Shown here: positions 1 to 7,794 of the stretch, piece by piece
Layout of the letters: every line of letters starts with the position of its first letter
Position numbering within the stretch: the first letter of the stretch is position 1
From: a virus
Taxonomy: Duplodnaviria; Caudoviricetes
Length of the DNA: 30,975 nucleotides
Direction: 5' to 3' (one strand)
Virus record (IMG/VR): IMGVR_UViG_3300033076_000560
Location: 1-30,975 of that record
Program-made: the position numbers and the translations under genes
Notes under the pieces: model-generated
Database searches by the model: none
The model's input: the letters and a program-made list of their open reading frames with translations, nothing else
Told to the model about the DNA's origin: nothing

Positions 1-90
1 GCAAACACAAAAATAAAAATAGAATACGTTCACCAATTGCAAAACCTATACTTTGCATTAACAGGAGAAGAATTAACACTAGAGCCATGA
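1..90 (+). CDS. 3' part of the junction-spanning hypothetical protein
   Basis: Frame 1 reads ANTKIKIEYVHQLQNLYFALTGEELTLEP*. YVHQLQNLYFALTGEEL is the C-terminal motif I associate with the ELRLGN/IPLTEEWLLKFGF family of Bacteroidetes phage proteins. Confidence 0.8.
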   Translation, partial: ANTKIKIEYVHQLQNLYFALTGEELTLEP

Positions 91-341
91 GAATCCCACA
101 ACTTCAAAGAATCAAACACATCATTGACTTGCTCAATGACTGCGAGTACCACAAGAATCAGGAGATAATTGACTACCTAGATGACAAGCTCGATATTTGC
201 TATAATGCCAGTACGATTGAAAAGGATATTGCTTTCATCAAAAAAGAGTTTTTAGGTAGATCGTTTACCAGCGGCCGAATTGGTATTAAGATTGAAAAGC
301 CGATTGATTTTTGGGCGGCGTTGCAAACATGGTTAGAATAA
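87..341 (+). CDS. Small winged-HTH DNA-binding protein (resembles the N-terminal HTH of WYL-type regulators)
   Basis: 84 aa; RIKHIIDLL...EIIDYL...STIEKDIAFIKKEF pattern; ATGA coupling to the upstream gene. Confidence 0.55.
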   Translation: MRIPQLQRIKHIIDLLNDCEYHKNQEIIDYLDDKLDICYNASTIEKDIAFIKKEFLGRSFTSGRIGIKIEKPIDFWAALQTWLE

Positions 342-353
342 TTTGTATATTTG
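320..353 (+). promoter_or_regulatory. Bacteroidetes sigmaA-type promoter upstream of the initiator leader
   Basis: TATATTTG at 346-353 matches TAnnTTTG; TTG at 321-323. Confidence 0.6.
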
Positions 354-356
354 TGT

Positions 357-442
357 CTAGGTGTCGCAGACCTAACTAAAGAAATTATTGAAAGCTCATT
401 GAGGAGTAGCACTGCGACTGCGAAACTCAATGGGCTTTTTTG
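357..442 (+). ncRNA. Structured cis-regulatory leader RNA (kissing loop plus terminator-like hairpin)
   Basis: Hairpin TAGGT/ACCTA with loop GTCGCAG (363-369). Long hairpin AAAGCTCATTGAG/CTCAATGGGCTTT plus T-tract, with apical loop CTGCGAC (412-418) complementary to the first loop. Confidence 0.6.
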
Positions 443-470
443 TTGTACTCAAAATTGGGGAAATGAAATA

Positions 471-1451
471 ATGAACAGTTACGAACTATACCGGAAATTC
501 TTTGATTGGTGCTTTGAAAATCCTCATAAAGTTACACCTTCACATGTTGCCATATATTGTTTTGCAATTGAGCATTGCAACCGGTTAGGGTGGAAAACAA
601 ATTTTGGCCTACCTACAACTATGGTAATGGAGGCTGTGGGTATAAAGAGCTACAATACCTACATCAAATGCTTCAATGAATTAGTTGAATATGGTTTCAT
701 AAAATTGGTTGAAAAAAGTAAAAATCAATACTCAGCTAACATAATTGCCCTATCAAAATTTAACAAAGCACTTGATAAAGCACTTGATAAAGCAATGATA
801 AAGCACAAGACAAAGCAACGTGAAAGCATTGCACAAAGCATTGATAGTATAAATAAACCAATTAACAATAATACCAATTTACCAATTAACCAATTTACAA
901 TAGATATAGAGCAGCAAGCTGCGAAATCACAAAATTCAACTCGATTTGTTAAACCTAGTCTTTTGGATATTGAGGTATTTACTCAGGCTAACAACCTAAA
1001 TTTAAACCCCGATCATTTTTTCGATTTTTACGAAAGCAAGGATTGGATGGTTGGCAAAAACAAAATGAAAGATTGGAAGGCGGCAGCTAGAAATTGGGCG
1101 CGTAGAAACGAAACACCACAAAACCAAAACCAAAAACCACAAACACAACTCGAATATGAAAAACAACACATCAACGCCGACGTCTTTAAACATCTTAGAG
1201 GTTTTGAACGAACGGGGAGCATTAGTGCAAGAACGCTTGAAGTCGCGCGGCATTATCTTAGCCAGACGACAACTAGAATCGATGTTCTCGACTTTGCCGG
1301 AATACTTGACAAAATCGAAAATGAAGGCGGAATCCCTGATCAAGCAAATTCTGGAGTTCCGTTACGGCTTGGACTGGGAGAAGCAGAGCAGTTCGATAAT
1401 TACAGCGATATACGAATGTTGCCTAACGATACCGGAGAATTTAACGATTGA
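471..1451 (+). CDS. Phage replication initiator protein (N-terminal wHTH; FFDFYESKDW...MKDWKAAARNW domain)
   Basis: ATG 471 preferred over TTG 351, which lies within the promoter/leader. Motifs typical of Bacteroidetes phage initiators; internal iteron-like repeats. Confidence 0.75.
   Translation: MNSYELYRKFFDWCFENPHKVTPSHVAIYCFAIEHCNRLGWKTNFGLPTTMVMEAVGIKSYNTYIKCFNELVEYGFIKLVEKSKNQYSANIIALSKFNKALDKALDKAMIKHKTKQRESIAQSIDSINKPINNNTNLPINQFTIDIEQQAAKSQNSTRFVKPSLLDIEVFTQANNLNLNPDHFFDFYESKDWMVGKNKMKDWKAAARNWARRNETPQNQNQKPQTQLEYEKQHINADVFKHLRGFERTGSISARTLEVARHYLSQTTTRIDVLDFAGILDKIENEGGIPDQANSGVPLRLGLGEAEQFDNYSDIRMLPNDTGEFND
765..901. repeat. Iteron-like array plus AT-rich repeats: candidate replication origin
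   Basis: AAAGCA at 765, 777, 789, 800, 812, 823 and 835 (11-12 bp period), followed by ~8-bp-period ACCAATT(A/T) repeats at 857-901. Confidence 0.7.
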
Positions 1452-1908
1452 CGATTTGCGCTGTTGCTTCAATTACAACGAGGTTGAAAAAAAGCCATTC
1501 AGTAAGATCACTATTGATGAGTTCATGCAGCCAATACGCGAGTATGTCAAGAATAAGCAGATGGCCCGTATTTGCGCCCAAGAGGTTCAAATTGAATACG
1601 TAAAAGAAGTTGCCCAAGCCGAAGCCGCGCATCAGTTTTTTCTAGGTGCCAAAGCGTTGTACATGGAAAGTTTGAGGGATGGACACTGGAAGGGCGATAT
1701 GTTTCAAGCTCGCTCCATTGCTAAAAACTTCTACTCTAGGTTGCAAATTGAGCACGAAAACATCAAAGACGAAGCCAAAGACGCGTACTTACGCCAAAAG
1801 CATCAAGACGAGGACAAAGTAACCGTTACGCCTGATAAGCTGTATTTCTTAGCGCAAAGCACCGTGAAAAAAGCAGTAGAGTATAAATTGAAATGGACTG
1901 AGATTTAA
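1156..1908 (+). CDS. Hypothetical protein, possible helicase loader/replication accessory
   Basis: 250 aa; directly follows and overlaps the initiator; function inferred from position only. Confidence 0.5.
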   Translation: MKNNTSTPTSLNILEVLNERGALVQERLKSRGIILARRQLESMFSTLPEYLTKSKMKAESLIKQILEFRYGLDWEKQSSSIITAIYECCLTIPENLTIDDLRCCFNYNEVEKKPFSKITIDEFMQPIREYVKNKQMARICAQEVQIEYVKEVAQAEAAHQFFLGAKALYMESLRDGHWKGDMFQARSIAKNFYSRLQIEHENIKDEAKDAYLRQKHQDEDKVTVTPDKLYFLAQSTVKKAVEYKLKWTEI

Positions 1909-1916
1909 ATAAAAAT

Positions 1917-1946
1917 CATTTACATTAAAAATTTATACTATCTTTA
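1917..1946 (+). promoter_or_regulatory. Early promoter with ACATTAAAAATTTAT operator-like motif
   Basis: 15-mer at 1922-1936 is identical to 29200-29214; -7 box variant TATCTTTA at 1939-1946. Confidence 0.55.
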
Positions 1947-1969
1947 CACCAACAATTTAAATTAATCAC

Positions 1970-3910
1970 ATGAAAACTATCACTTTAAAAGCGTTAACAC
2001 TGCGCAATTTTAAGAAAATTCAATCGATTACAATTGAATTTGACCCTAGCGATACAACTATCACTGGCACCAACGGAGTAGGTAAATCAACAATCTTTGA
2101 TGCCTATACTTGGTTACTTTACGGCAAGAACTCGCACGACCAGCAGGATTTCTCAATCAAAACCCTAGACGAAAACAACAAAGTCATTAACCGCATTGAG
2201 CACAGCGTTACAGGCGTCTTTGATGTATCAGGCGAATCCGTAACGTTACAACGCATCTATACCGAGAAATGGACAAAGCGCCGAGGCTTTGAAGTTGAAG
2301 AGCTTACAGGGCATACAACCGACTATTTCATCAACGACGTACCGAAATCAAAAGCAGAGTTTGACGGCTATGTCAAAACCATGATTGAGGATAGCATTGC
2401 AAAGGTTATCAGCTCACCGCTTTACTTCAATGAGAAACTAAAATGGCAGGAGCGTCGCGAAATTTTGTCGAGCATGGCAGGCGACACAACGGCCGAGGAC
2501 GTGCTAAATTTTGCATCTGACGAACTTTCAGGTGCAAAAGAACTCATCGCACTACTCGACGCAAGAAAATCGCTTACAGACGAAAAAAGCCGCATAAGTG
2601 CGCAAAGAAAGAAACTACGCGAGGAACTCGAGCAAATAGACCCAAGGGTATCGGAGCTTCAGCGCATGGCTGAGCATGGTGTAAATACCGAGCAAGTAAA
2701 GGCAGATATTGAGACGTGCGAGCATTTGTTGCAGAACATCGAGCAACAGCAAGCCGACGAACTTAAAGCCCAAGAGGCGGCAAATGATGAGGTGCGCAAA
2801 CATAACGCCAAGAAGTTTGAGCTGGAGCAACAGTACACCAATCTCAAAGGCGAAGCAATGGCCGAGCATAACAAGAAGCAACAAAGCGTGCTAGCGCGTG
2901 AGCATGAGTTAAAAACTGAAATCCAAAAGATTGAGTTTGCTATTGCGGATTGGAATAGTAAGGCAAACCAACGCGCAAGCACTGAGAATTTATTACAGCA
3001 AAGAATTGCAGATTTACGCGATAGTTACATAGCATTGCAATCAAAACAATTTGACGAGAAATGTCAAGACGAAAATTGTCCAACGTGCGGCCAGCAAGTC
3101 CCGGACTACGCGGCTAAAGTCGAAGCAATGCGCGCTGATTTTAATACCAGCAAAGCAAAGCAACTCGCAGAGATAAACGCCAAAGGCAAGGAGCTAAAAA
3201 AGCAGATTGAAGCACTACAAATGCAATGCCCAGCGCATGAACTCGAAGCGCTTAAAGCCGAACTAGAAACCAAACAAACGTACTTACCCGAGTTTCAAAA
3301 AAGCATTGCAATAGATCAATTTGTTGACACCAACGAAATGACCGAACTACTCGCGCAAATCGAGGCGTTTGTACCGATGCAACCAAAGCAAGCGAGCAAC
3401 GCCGAACTAACCGAAAAGCGTAAAGAAATTAAAGCGCAATTAGACGCGCTAAAACTAGAGCTGGTAAAAGTACAGCAAGCCGAGCAAGTGCAGGGACGCA
3501 TTGTAGAACTAAACGAGCAACGCAAAAAGCTAGCTCAAGAAATCGCTACACTTGAAAAACTAGAGTTTCAAATCGAAGCCTACCAACGCGCTGAAATCAT
3601 GCTAATTGAAAGTAAGGTAAACAGCAAGTTCGCCCTGGTTAAATGGAAAATGTTTGATGAGCAACTCAATGGAGGCTTAGCGCCAACGTGTGAGGCAATT
3701 GTAAACGGAACGCCTTACAACGATCTAAACACGGCGAGCAAAATAAACGCAGGACTTGACGTAATCAACGCGCTTAACTATTATTTCAATGTGTTTGCGC
3801 CTGTATTCATTGACCAACGCGAAAGCATTGTAACGCTTCAGCCAACAGATTGCCAAGTGATTAGCTTGGTTGTGAATGATGAGTTTAAGGAATTGACGGT
3901 GATTAAGTAA
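1970..3910 (+). CDS. Rad50/SbcC-like (SMC-family) coiled-coil ATPase
   Basis: Walker A GTNGVGKST, long coiled coils, zinc-hook CPTCG, C-terminal LNTASKINAG and PVFIDQRES. Confidence 0.85.
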   Translation: MKTITLKALTLRNFKKIQSITIEFDPSDTTITGTNGVGKSTIFDAYTWLLYGKNSHDQQDFSIKTLDENNKVINRIEHSVTGVFDVSGESVTLQRIYTEKWTKRRGFEVEELTGHTTDYFINDVPKSKAEFDGYVKTMIEDSIAKVISSPLYFNEKLKWQERREILSSMAGDTTAEDVLNFASDELSGAKELIALLDARKSLTDEKSRISAQRKKLREELEQIDPRVSELQRMAEHGVNTEQVKADIETCEHLLQNIEQQQADELKAQEAANDEVRKHNAKKFELEQQYTNLKGEAMAEHNKKQQSVLAREHELKTEIQKIEFAIADWNSKANQRASTENLLQQRIADLRDSYIALQSKQFDEKCQDENCPTCGQQVPDYAAKVEAMRADFNTSKAKQLAEINAKGKELKKQIEALQMQCPAHELEALKAELETKQTYLPEFQKSIAIDQFVDTNEMTELLAQIEAFVPMQPKQASNAELTEKRKEIKAQLDALKLELVKVQQAEQVQGRIVELNEQRKKLAQEIATLEKLEFQIEAYQRAEIMLIESKVNSKFALVKWKMFDEQLNGGLAPTCEAIVNGTPYNDLNTASKINAGLDVINALNYYFNVFAPVFIDQRESIVTLQPTDCQVISLVVNDEFKELTVIK

Positions 3911-4015
3911 ATTGAAGTATATTTGTGTGAGGATAGGTCGGAGTAGCTACCGGCTGACAAGGCGAAGCGTTTACGTTTTCCTCATTCTTTTTTTAAACGC
4001 ATTTTTTTAAACGCA
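3893..4015 (+). promoter_or_regulatory. Promoter and structured leader of the HNH endonuclease gene
   Basis: TATATTTG 3918-3925; stem TGAGGA/TCCTCA (3928-3933/3979-3984); tandem 14-mer TTTTTTTAAACGCA x2 (3988-4015). Confidence 0.55.
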
Positions 4016-4019
4016 CAAT

Positions 4020-4505
4020 ATGCAAAATGAAATCTGGAAAGATATTGCTGGATACGAAGGATTGTATCAAATATCGAACTTTGGAAAGGTCAAGAGCTTT
4101 CAATTAAACACTGAGAAAATTTTAAAATCACCAGCTGATTCTCACGGTTACCGCTTGGTAGTTCTATGTAAAAATAAAAAATGTAAAACCTTTAAAGTTC
4201 ATCAGCTGGTTGCGAGTGCTTTTTTAAATCATGTGCCAAACGGAAACAAAATGGTTGTTGATCACATTAACGATGATAAATCGGACAACAGGCTTGAGAA
4301 TTTACAAGTAGTTAGCCATAGATTTAATAGCAGGAAAACACAAGGCAGATATAGCAGTAAATATAAGGGAGTATCATTGATAAAGTCAAGTAATAAATGG
4401 GCGGCATTAATACAGATAAATGGCCGTCTTAAATATCTAGGTAGCTTTTTAAATGAATATGACGCTCATGTCGCATATCAAACAGCATTAAACAATCTAA
4501 AATAA
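4020..4505 (+). CDS. NUMOD4-HNH-AP2 homing endonuclease (free-standing)
   Basis: NUMOD4 EIWKDIAGYEGLYQISNFGKVKS; HNH VDHINDDKSDNRLENL; AP2-like SKYKGVS...KWAALIQINGRLKYLGSF. Confidence 0.9.
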   Translation: MQNEIWKDIAGYEGLYQISNFGKVKSFQLNTEKILKSPADSHGYRLVVLCKNKKCKTFKVHQLVASAFLNHVPNGNKMVVDHINDDKSDNRLENLQVVSHRFNSRKTQGRYSSKYKGVSLIKSSNKWAALIQINGRLKYLGSFLNEYDAHVAYQTALNNLK

Positions 4506-4510
4506 ATAAC

Positions 4511-4762
4511 ATGGAAAACGGAATCAAAGAATATTTCAAAGAATTAGGAAACAACCCTATAAACCCCTTAGAAATTAAAAATGGCAATGAATCAATACAA
4601 TTTTTAGGCCTCACCAAACGCGAATACTTCGCAGGATTGGCGATGCAGGGGATGTTGGCAGACCCAAACGCAAGTAATTTTAAACCTCCATTTATTGCCG
4701 GGTTAGCTGTTGACTTTTCAGACGCCCTACTCAAAGAACTTGACAAACCTAAAAACGATTAA
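4511..4762 (+). CDS. Conserved small phage protein
   Basis: GLTKREYFAGLAMQGMLA...ADALL-type motif, widespread in phage early regions. Confidence 0.75.
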   Translation: MENGIKEYFKELGNNPINPLEIKNGNESIQFLGLTKREYFAGLAMQGMLADPNASNFKPPFIAGLAVDFSDALLKELDKPKND

Positions 4763-4796
4763 AAAGTTTTTTATTCACATTAAATTTTTATATTTG
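4758..4796 (+). promoter_or_regulatory. Early promoter upstream of recT
   Basis: TATATTTG 4789-4796, preceded by ACATTAAATTTT (a variant of the shared motif). Confidence 0.55.
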
Positions 4797-4824
4797 TAAA
4801 CTAACAATTAAAACCCAAATACAC

Positions 4825-5712
4825 ATGGAAAACAATCAACCTGCCGTAGTGCAGAAAGAAATCACAAGCCAAGTACTTGCGAAAATCAGCGCTTTTGAAG
4901 CGACTGGAGAACTTAAATTGCCTGCTGATTATTCGGCGGCTAACGCGCTAAAAGGCGCAATGCTTATTCTTGAAGAGCTCAAAGATAAAAACGGCACCCC
5001 CGTTATGCAATCGTGCACAAAAAACAGCATTGCCCAGGCGTTGCTAAAAATGGCAGTTGAAGGCCTATCACCTTTAAAGCGTCAAGGGTACTTTATCGCT
5101 TACGCAAACGATTTACAATGGTCCCGAAGCTATCAGGGTTCTATTGCATTGGCTAAACGCGTAGCAAAAGTCAAAGACGTACCGGCACAAGTCATTTATG
5201 AAGGCGACGAGTTCGAGTATGGCATTGATGAAAATGGCTACATGAAGATTTACAAGCACGTGCAAAAGATACAAAACATCAACAAGGATAAAATCGTTGG
5301 TGCGTACGCCGTTGTAATTTACGAGAACGGCGAGAAAAATGCTACGGTAATGACCATGGAGCAAATTAGGCAAGCATGGAACCAAGGAGCTACAAGAGGG
5401 CAATCTCCAGCGCATAAAAACTTTACCGACGAAATGGCGAAAAAGACGGTAATAAACCGAGCTTGTAAAGCACCAATTAACAGCTCAACAGATGCTTTCT
5501 TGCTTGAAGATGAGTACGAAGAAAAAGATACGACCATCGACATCAAGCACGAAATCGTAACCGAAAACGCAAGCCAACCACTTGAAATTTCAGCGCCAAA
5601 ACGAAAGCCAAAAGCAGAGCCTGCGCAAGAATTACCGCAAGCACCTGCGCCAGAGCCAACCGCCATGCAACCGAACATTGAGTTTGATTTATCTGAGGAA
5701 CCTGAATTTTAA
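4825..5712 (+). CDS. recT: RecT-family single-strand annealing recombinase
   Basis: SIAQALLKMAVEGLSP..QGYFIAY, SYQG, VIYEGDEF, FTDEMAKKTVINRACK; acidic C-terminal tail. Confidence 0.9.
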   Translation: MENNQPAVVQKEITSQVLAKISAFEATGELKLPADYSAANALKGAMLILEELKDKNGTPVMQSCTKNSIAQALLKMAVEGLSPLKRQGYFIAYANDLQWSRSYQGSIALAKRVAKVKDVPAQVIYEGDEFEYGIDENGYMKIYKHVQKIQNINKDKIVGAYAVVIYENGEKNATVMTMEQIRQAWNQGATRGQSPAHKNFTDEMAKKTVINRACKAPINSSTDAFLLEDEYEEKDTTIDIKHEIVTENASQPLEISAPKRKPKAEPAQELPQAPAPEPTAMQPNIEFDLSEEPEF

Positions 5713-5715
5713 GCC

Positions 5716-6429
5716 ATGAAAGTTACAGTTGTAAATACTGGCAGTTTCGGAAATTGCTACATACTAGAAGAAAACGGACGCGCACTTTTAATCGAGTGCG
5801 GCGTCCCTTTTAAAGATATTCAGGCGGCTTTAAACTTTGATTTGCTTAAAGTAGACGCGTGTATTATTAGCCATGAGCACAAAGACCACTGCAAGGCAGT
5901 TAAGCAGGTTGCAGGCGCAGGCATACCGATTTATGCAACGCAAGGAACTTTTGAGGCGATGCAGTTGCCTGTTGATTTAAGGGCAGGACTATTCACTAAC
6001 GGTTTAACGCGAGCTGTTTACGATTGGGACATTACCCATTTTTCAGTAGAGCACGATGCAAAAGAGCCGTGTGGTTTTATTATTGAAACACCTAGCGCAA
6101 AAAACATTTTGTTTATTACAGACACTTACAAGGTAAAATGGGATTTATCCCCTAATAACTTTGACCTCATCATGATAGAAGCCAATTACGATGAAGACAT
6201 GATACAAGGCAAATCGGACATAGTCAACAAGCGCCGTTTGCGATCGCATTTCAGTATCCAGAACGCTATTGATTACCTCGGAAAATTAGACCTATCTGAA
6301 ACAAAACAAATCATGCTTACACACCTTAGCGACGGGGTAAGCGACGAACGAAAATTTAAACAATTAACCGAGGCCGCTTTTGGTATTCCTACCGTGGTGG
6401 CTGATAAAAACACCGTGATTGAGTTATGA
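5716..6429 (+). CDS. Metallo-beta-lactamase-fold hydrolase (YycJ-like, putative exonuclease)
   Basis: GSFGNCY, HEHKDH (HxHxDH), HDA, FITDT, IEANY, SHFS, LTHLS. Confidence 0.9.
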   Translation: MKVTVVNTGSFGNCYILEENGRALLIECGVPFKDIQAALNFDLLKVDACIISHEHKDHCKAVKQVAGAGIPIYATQGTFEAMQLPVDLRAGLFTNGLTRAVYDWDITHFSVEHDAKEPCGFIIETPSAKNILFITDTYKVKWDLSPNNFDLIMIEANYDEDMIQGKSDIVNKRRLRSHFSIQNAIDYLGKLDLSETKQIMLTHLSDGVSDERKFKQLTEAAFGIPTVVADKNTVIEL

Positions 6430-6674
6430 AAAAGTATAGAATAGTTCAAGTTAAAGAACCTACGCGATGGGGTTACGTTAAAGGAGCTCAAGATGAGCCG
6501 CCTAAAGACGTTGTTTTTTCAGCTACGGGATGGTTTCTACAAGAAAGAAAAAGCATATTTCACAGGTGGAAAACAGTAGAGCAAATAGATTCAATTCTTG
6601 AAGCTGAGTATTACATCTACAATCGAAAAGTAGAAAAGACAAAAACAATAGAAAGAGTAATCAGGAAGTTATGA
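6426..6674 (+). CDS. Hypothetical protein
   Basis: 82 aa; ATGA-coupled at both ends. Confidence 0.6.
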   Translation: MKKYRIVQVKEPTRWGYVKGAQDEPPKDVVFSATGWFLQERKSIFHRWKTVEQIDSILEAEYYIYNRKVEKTKTIERVIRKL

Positions 6675-6838
6675 GCCAAGATGAGAAAATCAAACAACTA
6701 GAGAATAAATGCAAGCTTGAACGTTTAGAAAAGCAGTTGTTTATCGGTAAGGTAATGGAGGTTATAGGCGATAAAAAAGCCGCACAATTACTTAAAGAAG
6801 CAAGGGAAGTAATCGAGCAAATAAAAACTAAATTATGA
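6671..6838 (+). CDS. Small hypothetical protein (55 aa, not in ORF track)
   Basis: MSQDEKIKQLENKCKLERLEKQLFIGKVMEVIGDKKAAQLLKEAREVIEQIKTKL*; fills the gap exactly, with ATGA overlaps on both sides. Confidence 0.7.
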   Translation: MSQDEKIKQLENKCKLERLEKQLFIGKVMEVIGDKKAAQLLKEAREVIEQIKTKL

Positions 6839-7269
6839 CAAGCAGATTTTTAGCAAAAGTGCTATATACAGCACAACGACACGACGGCGCTTTTGAGCGC
6901 AAAATAGAGCAACTAGTATTTGAAGCCTTGACCTATACAGATTGTGAGGCCGCCATTTACAAGTACATGGAAAGCGTAACGCGTTCGGAGTTTACGATTA
7001 TGAAAATTGATAGGTTTGCTATTGATAAACTAATCATGGGCAAAGAACCAAATATTTACTTCCTTATCAAGCAGGAATGGGATAGCGTGGACGGCCCGCC
7101 AATTAAGGAAAAAATACTAATTGCCGCCAAGTTTATTGAGGAAGCGAAAACGATTTTATCACTTGATAATAGCGACAACATTCTTGGAACTAATCAATTG
7201 CCCGTAATCAAATCAATCGTAGAAACCAAAATAACAGACTACATCTATGCAGAAGCCGACCAAGATTGA
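6835..7269 (+). CDS. DUF4494-family protein
   Basis: FLAKVLY...EQLVFEALTYTDCEAAI...ILIAA...IKSIVETKITD pattern of this Bacteroidetes family. Confidence 0.7.
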   Translation: MTSRFLAKVLYTAQRHDGAFERKIEQLVFEALTYTDCEAAIYKYMESVTRSEFTIMKIDRFAIDKLIMGKEPNIYFLIKQEWDSVDGPPIKEKILIAAKFIEEAKTILSLDNSDNILGTNQLPVIKSIVETKITDYIYAEADQD

Positions 7270-7453
7270 AAAGGCGTTCATTCGCAAGATTGTCAAGTAT
7301 TGCGAAACGCACCCGGGAGTAACGCCCGTTATGCTGTTCATGCGCATAGGCTACGTGAATAGCACGCGTGTACAAATGTTTATGCAAGGTGAGTGCTCGA
7401 TTAGCCTCAACACAATGGGAAGGCTTGATGAGTGGATGAAGAAAAATAAGTAA
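7247..7453 (+). CDS. Small putative HTH (Cro-like) regulator
   Basis: 68 aa helical protein; ...SISLNTMGRLDEWM C-terminus resembles small HTH proteins. Confidence 0.45.
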   Translation: MQKPTKIEKAFIRKIVKYCETHPGVTPVMLFMRIGYVNSTRVQMFMQGECSISLNTMGRLDEWMKKNK

Positions 7454-7455
7454 CC

Positions 7456-7662
7456 ATGAAAAAGCGAAAGACCTTAAGAATACCCAGAAAGCTCAAAAAG
7501 AAATATAAGAAAATTTGGATGGATATCTACCATTTTCTTCCGCAATACCAAAAGTATAAAGCAGCTGATATTGTAATAATTAAAGATTCGATTCGCTTTG
7601 GTATTTGGGGTGCTAGCCAAGACAAAAATGTTTGGGGCTGTTATACTAGATTTAAAAAATAG
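7456..7662 (+). CDS. Basic hypothetical protein
   Basis: 68 aa; RIPRKLKKK motif. Confidence 0.55.
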   Translation: MKKRKTLRIPRKLKKKYKKIWMDIYHFLPQYQKYKAADIVIIKDSIRFGIWGASQDKNVWGCYTRFKK

Positions 7663-7664
7663 AC

Positions 7665-7742
7665 ATGAAAAATTACGAAAGATTTTTACACATTTTAGCA
7701 GGTATCGCAATAGGTTACCTGCTTTTCACCGCAACACTTTAA
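7665..7742 (+). CDS. 25-aa single-TM peptide (not in ORF track)
   Basis: MKNYERFLHILAGIAIGYLLFTATL*; lies between the previous stop and the terminator. Confidence 0.45.
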   Translation: MKNYERFLHILAGIAIGYLLFTATL

Positions 7743-7752
7743 CACACTAAAT

Positions 7753-7780
7753 AAGCCAATCTTATACGGTTGGCTTTTTT
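7753..7780 (+). terminator. Intrinsic terminator ending the early/middle region
   Basis: AAGCCAAT-loop-GTTGGCTT followed by a T-tract. Confidence 0.75.
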
Positions 7781-7794
7781 ATTTACCTTTGATA

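Noticed and set aside
351-470. TTG-started N-terminal extension of the initiator
   Set aside because: It starts inside the -7 promoter box and runs through the leader hairpins; ATG 471 matches the family start.
765-901. Repeat array as a mini-CRISPR
   Set aside because: Units are 8-12 bp with no unique spacers and lie within a coding region.
2709-2894. Short alternate-frame + strand ORFs (2709, 10648, 22054, 22960, 26626)
   Set aside because: Nested in or overlapping longer motif-bearing genes, with no independent evidence.
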